Below are positions 1-10,587 of a stretch of DNA of 64,000 nucleotides, in pieces (position 1 is the first letter of the stretch; each line of letters opens with the position of its first letter). The notes beneath the pieces are model-generated. The model was not told the origin of the DNA. It was given only the letters and a program-made list of their open reading frames with translations, and searched no databases. Source of the DNA: Eledone cirrhosa. Lineage: Eukaryota. Location: positions 27,156,001-27,220,000 of the forward strand of contig OZ024752.1 of the NCBI GenBank assembly GCA_964016885.1, written 5' to 3'. A program made the position numbers and the translations under genes.

Positions 1-552
1 AGAATGAGATTAGTGCTATCAAGCGTAATGTAGTGAGATGAAGACAGGTCTAATTATTTATTATAATACTTATGTGGTGAAGAGATGAAAGCATTAGCTC
101 AATGACTAACGGCATTTGAATGGAATTTTGACAAGTACGTGCAACAACTTCAGACAAGTTTGAGTCGTATTAGACCATCTCACTGCAAGATAGCATTTTC
201 CTCGCTTGCCAAATAAGGCAATTACTCTATCCTTACTGTTTTCCAACTTTTAGTTCTCACTACAGCCGACCAACCAATTGTAACTCGTCTGATTACAATC
301 GTCTGTAATTTTTTCAAAGCCAACATTTGAACTATATTGAAATAGTCGGATTGAACTAAACTGGTGAGAATGAATTGTTATTCATAGAAATTTTGCGAGG
401 GCGTCGAAAGAATATGAACTGCTGCCCTATCAAATATAAGTGTCGACAAAAGTTTTAGAAGATCATAATGATTAATGAATTCGTGTTATAGTTTTTCAAA
501 GTTATCTTATCTTTTATTCATCTAACATTACCTAACCGTCTTATATTTTAAG

Positions 553-594
553 AATGAAACCAGCAGAAGATCAAGTAACAGAGAAGATAAACTG
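553..594 (+). CDS. Probable 42-nt phase-0 internal exon of the S-crystallin/sigma-GST gene (NETSRRSSNREDKL)
   Basis: Branch-like ctaac and pyrimidine tract ending ...ttttaAG at 551-552; GTaatt donor at 595; open 14 codons that join in frame to 9578; charged peptide fits the variable insert that precedes the YxxTCxRILPFLE helix in S-crystallins. Confidence 0.5.
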
Positions 595-902
595 GTAATT
601 TTCTTTGAATTTTATAGTAGTTGGGGCAGAATATTCAAACACTTGAGCAGAAGCGTGTGAATACATTTCACACCAATGTTGACATAAGTATCACGTTTTC
701 AAAGGATAACTTACTGTGTTAGAAAGCCGTCCTACATGAATGAATAATTTCCTAGTGATATTTTCGTGGTATTTTCTTCGTGGTTATAAGAGGCTTAGCT
801 CTGTTTCTCGACCGTTATATCGCGTGACTATCTCCCCCTCCGCCTTTTGGGATTCTTTCTCACGTCGTGTAGACGCGTTCTTGAGACTAGTAAAATGAGG
901 TA

Positions 903-990
903 TCCTCTTGATAAGTCGGCAGACCTCGCAAGGACTCTATTTCTTTGATATATTGTTTTTGTTTATGCCACGAAACTACGTAGTCGAGGA
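903..990 (+). ncRNA. Type I hammerhead ribozyme, U3-A8 core variant
   Basis: tcctc TTGATAA gtcggca...tgccac GAAA ctacgtag TC gagga: stem I tcctc/gagga, long stem II, palindromic stem III, GUC cleavage triplet. Confidence 0.75.
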
Positions 991-1493
991 ATTTAGGAAC
1001 AGTTTAGGTATGATACATTTTATTACTAATTATATCTAAATGTTTCTTCTCTCTTCATAATGTATTTTTAACTCTGATACTGGTTCAGTCTGGTTCAAAC
1101 TGAATTGGTCTGTCCCAGTCATTCATTGAGCAACATCGGTGAAGTTGGCACCCTTAACTCACAGTTGGGTGCGGATGCATTCATGTATATATGTGTGTGT
1201 CCGCATGTATCTGTGTGTTTCTAAATATATTAATAACTCCCTCTGGTCGAGCAATCTTTGAGGTGTGGGGACAACTGGAAAGCTTCCATTACTCATACTT
1301 CTCGCCTTCTTCACTACCTCTTCTGCGGCCTCGATATGAATACCCCCTCCGCCTCCGTGGTATTTTCTTCGTGGTTATAAGAGGCTTAGCTCTGTTTCTC
1401 GACCGTTATATCGCGTGACTATCTCCCCCTCCGCCTTTTGGGATTCTTTCTCACGTCGTGTAGACGCGTTCTTGAGACTAGTAAAATGAGGTA

Positions 1494-1581
1494 TCCTCTT
1501 GATAAGTCGGCAGACCTCGCAAGGACTCTATTTCTTTGATATATTGTTTTTGTTTATGCCACGAAACTACGTAGTCGAGGA
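1494..1581 (+). ncRNA. Type I hammerhead ribozyme, U3-A8 variant (copy 2)
   Basis: Same sequence as 903-990. Confidence 0.75.
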
Positions 1582-1650
1582 ATTTAGGAACAGTTTAGGT
1601 ATGATACATTTTATTACTAATTATATCTAAATGTTTCTTCTCTCTTCATA

Positions 1651-1716
<66 letters not shown>

Positions 1717-1727
1717 GTGTATATATG

Positions 1728-1815
<88 letters not shown>

Positions 1816-2427
1816 ATGCATATAGTGTTCTACAAATTATGTGGAAAAAAAATGAGAACATTTACATCGAAAAGGAAATGTAAAATCATACATTCACAGT
1901 ATTGTAGCAGGCTTTGGGGTATGGTGAACATATTCACTTCAGCAAACAATCCTGTGTTCAATCTTATCACGAGATACACAGGGCAAAGAACAGGTATATG
2001 GCTGTTGTTTCGGGTTGACTAATGCCTATTAAACGAAAGTGGGTTGGCGGAATATGTACAGTATCTGGATGTATTTATACACACGCTCGTGGACTTTTAT
2101 AAACATGTACGTGTGTTTGTATGCATGTATGTTTCTCTTTCTCTAAATTTCGAGTACATTTTTGACTGGCCACCTTCCTGGTGTCAAGGTTGTAAGAGAA
2201 AAGAATGTTTTGCAAACCCATTTGTAGTTTATGAATTAGGGAGCTGCGCGCTTTATCCACAAATCCAAGTTCAGTCATACTTTGGTCCAAGCGAGTTGGT
2301 ATATAACCTGTTACTTCAATAAATGGATATGAAGGTGGAGGTGTATCTTGGATACTGGATCTACAAACTCCTCATCAATGGTCCGTAGATGTCCTCCTTC
2401 TGTATTTTTTATGTTGTTTTTTTATTT

Positions 2428-2643
2428 TGTCGATCGACTTTCGTCAAATCGAACCGAGGAAACAATGTTTCCGTTGGTCTTTCCAATTGCTAATACTATG
2501 TATCGGTCGCATCTCCAGGTAGAAGGAGCAACGTGAAATAAAAGTGTCTTGCTCAAAGACATAACGCATCGTCCGGTCCAGGAATCGAACTGACAACCTC
2601 ACGATTGCTAATCAAGTTCTCTAACCAACCAGCCACACGCCTT
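2428..2643 (-). mobile_element. tRNA-derived SINE, family B
   Basis: Minus strand has A box (TGGCTGGTTGGTTAG), B box (GTTCGATTCC) and a ...gcaagacactt body; second copy at 9145-9354. Confidence 0.75.
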
Positions 2644-2738
2644 AACGGACATATCACGCTGAAAACACCGGTTCTCGTCCGATCACCGAATTTGAGCAAC
2701 GTCGAGCATAGTTAGTACTTAGATGGGTGACCGCTTGG
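2644..2738 (+). pseudogene. 3'-truncated 5S rRNA copy
   Basis: acggacatatcacgctgaaaacaccggttctcgtccgatcaccgaatttgagcaacgtcgagcatagttagtacttagatgggtgaccgcttgg matches invertebrate 5S rRNA roughly nt 5-98; 3' end replaced by microsatellite. Confidence 0.8.
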
Positions 2739-2883
2739 TATATATGTATGTATGTATGGGTGACCGCTTATGTATATATGTATGTATGTATGTATGTATG
2801 ATGTATTTATGATGTATATAGGTATGTAGGCATGTAAGTATATAGGAGCGGATCTATGTATGCATTCATTAGGGTTAGGATTA

Positions 2884-3070
2884 TGGATTGGCAGTATCGG
2901 TAGAGGGTCAGACGCCATGCTTTGCAAGCAAAGAGTTACGGCCCTTTATGGTCTGAGTTCAAATCCCGCTGAGGTTAACTTTGCCTTTCATCCTTACGGG
3001 GTCGATAAAATAACGTAACACAGTAATGCACTGGGTAATTGCTGGCCTTGTGCCAAAAGTAGAAACAATT
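2884..3070 (+). mobile_element. tRNA-derived SINE, family A
   Basis: A box TGGCAGTATCGG, B box GAGTTCAAATCC, body tttgcctttcatccttacggggtcgataaaat, tail gccttgtgccaaaagtagaaacaatta. Confidence 0.8.
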
Positions 3071-3457
3071 ATATATGTATGAATGTGTATATATATTTAT
3101 GTGTGTGTATATTTGTGTGTGTGTGTTTGTGTTTTCTGTCCTCGTCTGTGATTATGTTTAAATCAGTTTTGTGGCACAGTATGTCAAAGCATAGCATAGT
3201 GATTCGATAAGTATAGATCAAATATAAGAGTGGAACCGATACGATCGATTAAACAGTTTAAGAGAGTCTAACGGTTGAGCTAATGACAGAAAAGCGGAAA
3301 AGAACATAATAAGAAAATAATATACGAACACAGTATTTTCTGATATCACGGGCTATATATATAGATAGTAATACTGCAAAATATATTCAGCCCACTCACA
3401 TAAGCACACGCACAGTCACGCATATATACACACATACATATACAAACACACAAACAA

Positions 3458-3520
<63 letters not shown>

Positions 3521-3581
3521 CATATATACATATATACATATGTATATGTATATATGTATATGTATATATATGTATGTATAT

Positions 3582-3657
<76 letters not shown>

Positions 3658-3721
3658 ATAATATATAATATATATAATATATGGTGCACCGTATATATAT
3701 GTGTATGTATATATATAGAAA

Positions 3722-3907
3722 TAATTGTTTCTATTTTAGGCACAAGGCCAGCAATTACCTAGTACATTACTGGTACTTTATTTTATCGACCCCGTAAGGA
3801 TGAAAGGCAAAGTTAACCTCGGCCGGATTTGAACTCAGATCGTAAAGGGACGTAACTATGCTGGAAAGCATGTCCGACCCTCTACCGATACTGTCAGTTC
3901 ACCGCCC
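3722..3907 (-). mobile_element. SINE family A
   Basis: Reverse complement of the family A sequence. Confidence 0.8.
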
Positions 3908-3950
3908 TTTATATAGTAATACTATTTTCGAATCAGCGAGGGAGTTTGAA

Positions 3951-4183
3951 ATTATAAATGTAAGTTATCGCCGTATTTTGACTAAAGAAATTAAAGAAAT
4001 TATTTAGCCTGATAGTAGGGTTAAGAACCCTCAGAGAAATGGAAAAAGATGAGTATTGACGTACATGTACGTCAATGTACGTCAATACACATCTTTTTCC
4101 ATTTCTCCGAGGGTTCTTAACCCCACTATCAGGCTAAATAATTTCTTTAATTTCTTTAGTCAAAATACGGCGACAGCTTACAT

Positions 4184-4190
<7 letters not shown>
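3951..4190. repeat. ~240-bp near-perfect palindrome (fold-back element) next to (TA)n
   Basis: attataaatgtaagttatcgccg...gtattgacgtac is mirrored by gtacgtcaatac...cggcgacagcttacatttataat; small central duplication of gtacgtcaat. Confidence 0.85.
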
Positions 4191-4219
<29 letters not shown>

Positions 4220-4220
<1 letters not shown>

Positions 4221-4407
4221 CGAAGGAATTGTGGTAAGGAACCACGTGGACCATAACGCACCAGAGTACTCAATACTTAGGGTAGTAGAGTGGGAAATAG
4301 GAAAAATTATGACCCCCGACGGCAGAGCTCAAGCCGTTTCGACGGCTATTTGTAGACCAGCGTCAAAATAGCTGTCGGAACGCCTTGAGCTCTGCCGTCG
4401 GGGTCAT
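4220..4407 (-). mobile_element. Short fold-back PLE-like 3' end, family C
   Basis: Hairpin gacccc..gacggcagagctcaagccgtttcgac / gtcggaacgccttgagctctgccgtcggggtc plus tail shared with 10370, 21676, 31854 and 61454; embedded in (TA)n. Confidence 0.65.
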
Positions 4408-5184
4408 ATTATCTCATATATATTAATTATTAATATATATATATATGTATGCATGTATTTATGTAATTGGTTGATTTTAGGACGCCGTTACGGTGCAGAT
4501 GCCATGGGGTTGTAAATATTCAGGCAACAATATCGAGCAACGTAAAGGACAGGTGAGGCTATATGGAGATGAAGAAGAAGAGAAAATGAAAAAGAAAGGA
4601 TCAACGATAATGTTAAAGTGAAAATATTTACTGGTTCCTTTATTTCGGATATACCATCCATTTACAAAAGGGTACCAAACGAAGTTTCAGAGAATGTTGG
4701 AGAACGTCTTTCTATGCCTCCGCGTGGCTTGCGTTTGAGTTAGAATTGGCTGAAATTCTTGAACCTCAGATATTCACGTGCGTAGCTTCGATAGGAGCGA
4801 GTAATCAGTTGCTTGCCTGCAGCCTTCACCACGATGCGAACTGGCTTTTTGACAATTAATTATATATAAAACTGACTGCCCCATCCCCTCCACACACAGA
4901 AAATATAATTATCCTGTATATTATCATTTGCTATATCACATCGAGTTGAAGGTCAGTCATTCAACGTTTGATTGTTCGATATTTTCGTTGCTCCGTTGTT
5001 TTCTCTTGTCGATATTTGTCCATTTATTTACATAATTATGTATTCTTCCCTCAATCTCAACTCTCCGTTTCTTCAACCCAGCATGTTACCTGAATATTTA
5101 CAAGCCAATCTGCATTGTACCGGCTTACCAAACACAAGCAATTTTCTACTCCACAATGCTTCAAGCAACACACACTCCTTCCCT

Positions 5185-5288
<104 letters not shown>

Positions 5289-5406
5289 ATTATGTAATAA
5301 ACAACATAAGGCAATTATTCCATTTACCAGTGGTTTCTTAAAAGCAAAAGGTTTTGCTTTCAATCCTCAGAATGAAAAATCCTGGTTATATATATATATA
5401 TATATT

Positions 5407-6144
5407 GTAAGTATGCATGTATACGTACATACATATATGTATACAGACGTACAGTAGCATGCACATATATATATATATATACATATATACATACATATGC
5501 ATACAGGTACACATACATATATGCACGTATCAGTTTAGCGGCGCTTATTATAACGTCGCTTTGTTCGTTTGTAAACAAACTGAACAGCCTGAATTTATGC
5601 CATACGGTGTTAAGGCAACCACGTCACCTTTTTTGTTCAACACTGACACAGGAACGATGTACTAGTTTCAAGCTTGTTAGCTATCATCAGCACCTTTTAC
5701 CCATCTGCCAGATAGTTGAACGTTCGAAAGTATATACTTTCCTTATGAAAATTAACGGCTGAGCAGCCTAATTTGCATATTGAGTGAGTTAAATCGGTCA
5801 GGCATACCGAAAACGATAAATTGAAACAAAATGAAAACGAAATTTCATTTCTCACTCTTAGTATGGCACTTACTTAAATGTAAGTATGCATGTATACGTA
5901 CATACATATATGTATACAGACGTACAGTAGCATGCACATATATATATATATATATACATATATACATACATATGCATACAGGTACACATACATATATGCA
6001 CGTATCAGTTTAGCGGCGCTTATTATCACGTCGCTTTGTTCGTTTGTAAACAAACTGAACAGCCTGAATTTATGCCATACGGTGTTAAGGCAACCACGTC
6101 ACCTTTTTGTTCAACACTGACACAGGAACGATGTACTAGTTTCA
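5407..6144 (-). mobile_element. Retrozyme family 1, inverted arm (~1.5 units)
   Basis: Reverse complement of the 6142-8452 units; minus-strand HHR at 5654-5696. Confidence 0.85.
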
Positions 6145-6207
6145 GCCGTTAATTTTCATAAGGAAAGTATATACTTTCGAACGTTCAACTATCTGGCAGA
6201 TGGGTAA

Positions 6208-6250
6208 ACGGTGCTGATGATAGCTAACAAGCTTGAAACTAGTACATCGT
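6208..6250 (+). ncRNA. Minimal type I hammerhead ribozyme
   Basis: acggtg CTGATGA t agct-aaca-agct t GAAA ctag TA catcgt: stem I acggtg/catcgt, stem II agct/agct, palindromic CUAG stem III, GUA cleavage. Confidence 0.88.
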
Positions 6251-6681
6251 TCCTGTGTCAGTGTTGAACAAAAAGGTGACGTGGTTGCCTTAACACCGTA
6301 TGGCATAAATTCAGGCTGTTCAGTTTGTTTACAAACGAACAAAGCGACGTTATAATAAGCGCCGCTAAACTGATACGTGCATATATGTATGTGTACCTGT
6401 ATGCATATGTATGTATATATGTATATATATATATATATATGTGCATGCTACTGTACGTCTGTATACATATATGTATGTACGTATACATGCATACTTACAT
6501 TTAAGTAAGTGCCATACTAAGAGTGAGAAATGAAATTTCGTTTTCATTTTGTTTCAATTTATCGTTTTCGGTATGCCTGACCGATTTAACTCACTCAATA
6601 TGCAAATTAGGCTGCTCAGCCGTTAATTTTCATAAGGAAAGTATATACTTTCGAACGTTCAACTATCTGGCAGATGGGTAA

Positions 6682-6724
6682 ACGGTGCTGATGATAGCTA
6701 ACAAGCTTGAAACTAGTACATCGT
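6682..6724 (+). ncRNA. Minimal type I hammerhead ribozyme
   Basis: Same as 6208-6250. Confidence 0.88.
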
Positions 6725-7159
6725 TCCTGTGTCAGTGTTGAACAAAAAGGTGACGTGGTTGCCTTAACACCGTATGGCATAAATTCAGGCTGTTCAGTTT
6801 GTTTACAAACGAACAAAGCGACGTTATAATAAGCGCCGCTAAACTGATACGTGCATATATGTATGTGTACCTGTATGCATATGTATGTATATATGTATAT
6901 ATATATATATATATATATGTGCATGCTACTGTACGTCTGTATACATATATGTATGTACGTATACATGCATACTTACATTTAAGTAAGTGCCATACTAAGA
7001 GTGAGAAATGAAATTTCGTTTTCATTTTGTTTCAATTTATCGTTTTCGGTATGCCTGACCGATTTAACTCACTCAATATGCAAATTAGGCTGCTCAGCCG
7101 TTAATTTTCATAAGGAAAGTATATACTTTCGAACGTTCAACTATCTGGCAGATGGGTAA

Positions 7160-7202
7160 ACGGTGCTGATGATAGCTAACAAGCTTGAAACTAGTACATC
7201 GT
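7160..7202 (+). ncRNA. Minimal type I hammerhead ribozyme
   Basis: Same as 6208-6250. Confidence 0.88.
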
Positions 7203-7633
7203 TCCTGTGTCAGTGTTGAACAAAAAGGTGACGTGGTTGCCTTAACACCGTATGGCATAAATTCAGGCTGTTCAGTTTGTTTACAAACGAACAAAGCGAC
7301 GTTATAATAAGCGCCGCTAAACTGATACGTGCATATATGTATGTGTACCTGTATGCATATGTATGTATATATGTATATATATATATATATATGTGCATGC
7401 TACTGTACGTCTGTATACATATATGTATGTACGTATACATGCATACTTACATTTAAGTAAGTGCCATACTAAGAGTGAGAAATGAAATTTCGTTTTCATT
7501 TTGTTTCAATTTATCGTTTTCGGTATGCCTGACCGATTTAACTCACTCAATATGCAAATTAGGCTGCTCAGCCGTTAATTTTCATAAGGAAAGTATATAC
7601 TTTCGAACGTTCAACTATCTGGCAGATGGGTAA

Positions 7634-7676
7634 ACGGTGCTGATGATAGCTAACAAGCTTGAAACTAGTACATCGT
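7634..7676 (+). ncRNA. Minimal type I hammerhead ribozyme
   Basis: Same as 6208-6250. Confidence 0.88.
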
Positions 7677-8105
7677 TCCTGTGTCAGTGTTGAACAAAAA
7701 GGTGACGTGGTTGCCTTAACACCGTATGGCATAAATTCAGGCTGTTCAGTTTGTTTACAAACGAACAAAGCGACGTTATAATAAGCGCCGCTAAACTGAT
7801 ACGTGCATATATGTATGTGTACCTGTATGCATATGTATGTATATATGTATATATATATATATATGTGCATGCTACTGTACGTCTGTATACATATATGTAT
7901 GTACGTATACATGCATACTTACATTTAAGTAAGTGCCATACTAAGAGTGAGAAATGAAATTTCGTTTTCATTTTGTTTCAATTTATCGTTTTCGGTATGC
8001 CTGACCGATTTAACTCACTCAATATGCAAATTAGGCTGCTCAGCCGTTAATTTTCATAAGGAAAGTATATACTTTCGAACGTTCAACTATCTGGCAGATG
8101 GGTAA

Positions 8106-8148
8106 ACGGTGCTGATGATAGCTAACAAGCTTGAAACTAGTACATCGT
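8106..8148 (+). ncRNA. Minimal type I hammerhead ribozyme
   Basis: Same as 6208-6250. Confidence 0.88.
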
Positions 8149-8487
8149 TCCTGTGTCAGTGTTGAACAAAAAGGTGACGTGGTTGCCTTAACACCGTATG
8201 GCATAAATTCAGGCTGTTCAGTTTGTTTACAAACGAACAAAGCGACGTTATAATAAGCGCCGCTAAACTGATACGTGCATATATGTATGTGTACCTGTAT
8301 GCATATGTATATATGTATATATATATATATATGTGCATGCTACCGTACGTCTGTATACATATATGTATGTACGTATACATGCATACTTACATTTAAGTAA
8401 GTGCCATACTAAGAGTGAGAAATGAAATTTCGTTTTCATTTTGTTTCAATTTATATATATATTAATATATATATATGCATAAATATT

Positions 8488-8584
<97 letters not shown>

Positions 8585-8796
8585 TTGAGGGAAGGAGTGC
8601 GTGTTTGTGTGTGTTGTAGCAGCAGGTGATTGTTTTTATTGACAGCATGAACCTCCCAAAGTATAACAATATATGTTGCAATACACGTATTCAGATAAAA
8701 AAAAAACTTGCAAAAGTATGTGTGTGTTTGTGTGTATATATATATATACTATATATATATATACATATATATATATACGTATATATATGTATATAT

Positions 8797-9108
8797 TAAT
8801 GGAATAGAATGAAACGAAATTTCATTTCTCACTCTTAGTACGGTGCTGACGATAGCTAATAAGCTTGAAACTAGTACATCGTTCTTGTGTCAGTGTTGAA
8901 CAAAAAGGTGACGTGGTTGCCTAAACACTGTACGGCGTAATTCAGGCTAACTGTTTGTTTACAAACGAACAAACCGAGCATTATAATAAATGTTTCGGTA
9001 AACTGATACGTGCATATATATATGTGTGCCTGTATGTATATATATACATGCTACTGTACGTCTGTATACATATATGTATGTACGTATACATACATACTTA
9101 CATTTATG
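8797..9108 (+). mobile_element. Retrozyme family 1b partial copy with short 5' inversion; HHR at 8840-8882
   Basis: acggtg CTGACGA tagct-aata-agctt GAAA ctag TA catcgt; 8797-8843 is the inverted 3' end of the unit. Confidence 0.75.
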
Positions 9109-9144
9109 TATATATTCATATATATATATGTGTGTATATATATA

Positions 9145-9354
9145 TCGACTCTCGTCAAATGGGACCGAGGAAACAATGTTTCCATTGGTCTTTCCAATTG
9201 CTAATATTATCTATCGGTCACAACTCCAGGTAGAAGGAGCAATGAGAAATAAAGTGTCTTGCCCAAGGACACAACGCATCGCTCGATTCGGGAATCGAAC
9301 TCACAACCTCACGATTGTGAATCCGATTCTCTAACCACTCAGCCACGCGCCTTC
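9145..9354 (-). mobile_element. SINE family B
   Basis: Minus strand GGCGCGTGGCTGAGTGGTTAG...GAGTTCGATTCCC...TGTGTCCTTGGGCAAGACACTT; homologous to 2428-2643. Confidence 0.8.
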
Positions 9355-9366
9355 ACACACACACAC

Positions 9367-9474
<108 letters not shown>

Positions 9475-9577
9475 GTGTGCATGTGTGAGCGTGTGTTTGT
9501 ATTTGTGTCATAGGTTATTCAAGCGTCATGGTCATACTTACTACTAAGATTGCACACTTATTTTCTTATTCCTACAG

Positions 9578-9685
9578 TCACAGTTGCGTTCCAACTATGA
9601 AGCCACCTGCAACCGAATTCTACCATTCTTGGAAAAAACTCTTCAAGTTAACAACAATGGAAATCAGTTCTTCCTAGGGAACCAG
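9578..9685 (+). CDS. S-crystallin / sigma-class glutathione S-transferase family, penultimate exon (SQLRSNYEATCNRILPFLEKTLQVNNNGNQFFLGNQ)
   Basis: ttttcttattcctacAG acceptor, GTaag donor at 9686, 36 codons; resembles cephalopod S-crystallin/GST C-terminal domain (YxxTCxRILPFLExTL...GNQFFxGxQ). Confidence 0.9.
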
Positions 9686-9894
9686 GTAAGATTTCTCGAC
9701 GTAAAAACCTATTTACGTATATACGTAAATATACGTGTTTATAAAGATATGGCAGATATAAAATAAATGGAGCTCCATCAGTTTCAACAAGAAGAGTTCC
9801 AGTTCTTCGACCAGTGGAATAGCCTGCTCAGGAAATAAACGTATATATATAAAAGATATGTCATATATATATATAAGATGTGTCATATATATAT

Positions 9895-9927
<33 letters not shown>

Positions 9928-10072
9928 CATATCTCGTTTCTGAATTTGTTTAGGTCATGTTGCCAATAAGAAACACACGCACCAGTTGCTTTCACTTCAA
10001 TTTATTATAAATTAAATTTATAAATTTCCGGTTGGTTGGTTGGTTCCACAACCAGACGATTGTTCATATATT

Positions 10073-10115
10073 GTTAAAGTTCTTTCGTCACACATTATGT
10101 GACCTCTTCAGTGAC
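10073..10115 (-). ncRNA. Degenerate hammerhead motif (PLE pLTR remnant)
   Basis: gtca CTGAAGA g gtcac-ataatgt-gtgac GAAA gaac TT taac; stem I has a mismatch. Confidence 0.5.
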
Positions 10116-10203
10116 TGGGGATTCTTTTCTTTGTTTTTGTGCCTCTCCTTTGTTTTGTCCTACGCCATCTTGTTTTTGTGTGTGTCAAAAAAATATATAT
10201 ATT

Positions 10204-10300
<97 letters not shown>

Positions 10301-10369
10301 AAGTACATATGTATATATCAATATATATATATGTGTATATATGTATATATATATATTTATATATGAAAA

Positions 10370-10545
10370 GTCCGGGATCCCGACGGCTGAACTTCGGCTG
10401 TTTCAGCAGCTAGATCCGAACTGTTGAAACGGCCGGAGCTCAGCCGTCGTGGTTCCAAATTATTCATATTACCCACTCTACTACCCCCAAGTATCGAGTA
10501 CTTTGGTGAGTAATGGTCTAACTGGTTTTTACCGCCCCTGTTCTG
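10370..10545 (+). mobile_element. Fold-back family C copy (diverged)
   Basis: gacggctgaacttcggctgtttcagcag...ctgttgaaacggccggagctcagccgtc plus ttacccactctactaccc tail. Confidence 0.6.
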
Positions 10546-10556
10546 ATATATATATG

Positions 10557-10587
<31 letters not shown>

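Larger units (their letters stand above)
765..1655 (+). mobile_element. Retrozyme-like / PLE pLTR tandem, family 2 (591-nt unit plus partial second unit)
   Basis: 765-1064 repeated at 1356-1655 (offset 591); each copy carries an HHR; ends in (TA)n; another copy inverted at 32023-32428. Confidence 0.75.
6142..8452 (+). mobile_element. Retrozyme family 1: about 5 tandem 472-478-nt units, one HHR each
   Basis: Near-identical head-to-tail repeats differing mainly in internal (TA)n length; HHRs start at 6208, 6682, 7160, 7634, 8106; ends on (TA)n. Confidence 0.88.

Noticed and set aside
2044-2322. ORF MAEYVQYLDVFIHTLVDFYKH as an additional GST exon
   Set aside because: Only vague resemblance and no convincing pyrimidine-rich acceptor
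2884-2970. tRNA genes at SINE heads
   Set aside because: A and B boxes present but no cloverleaf; they continue into the SINE body
5417-8380. Recurring 60-116 aa ORFs in the tandem units
   Set aside because: Frames change with internal (TA)n length and they lie antisense to the HHR strand; the unit is best read as non-coding
6142-8452. CRISPR-like array
   Set aside because: Whole units are near-identical, with no unique spacers or cas genes; eukaryotic context
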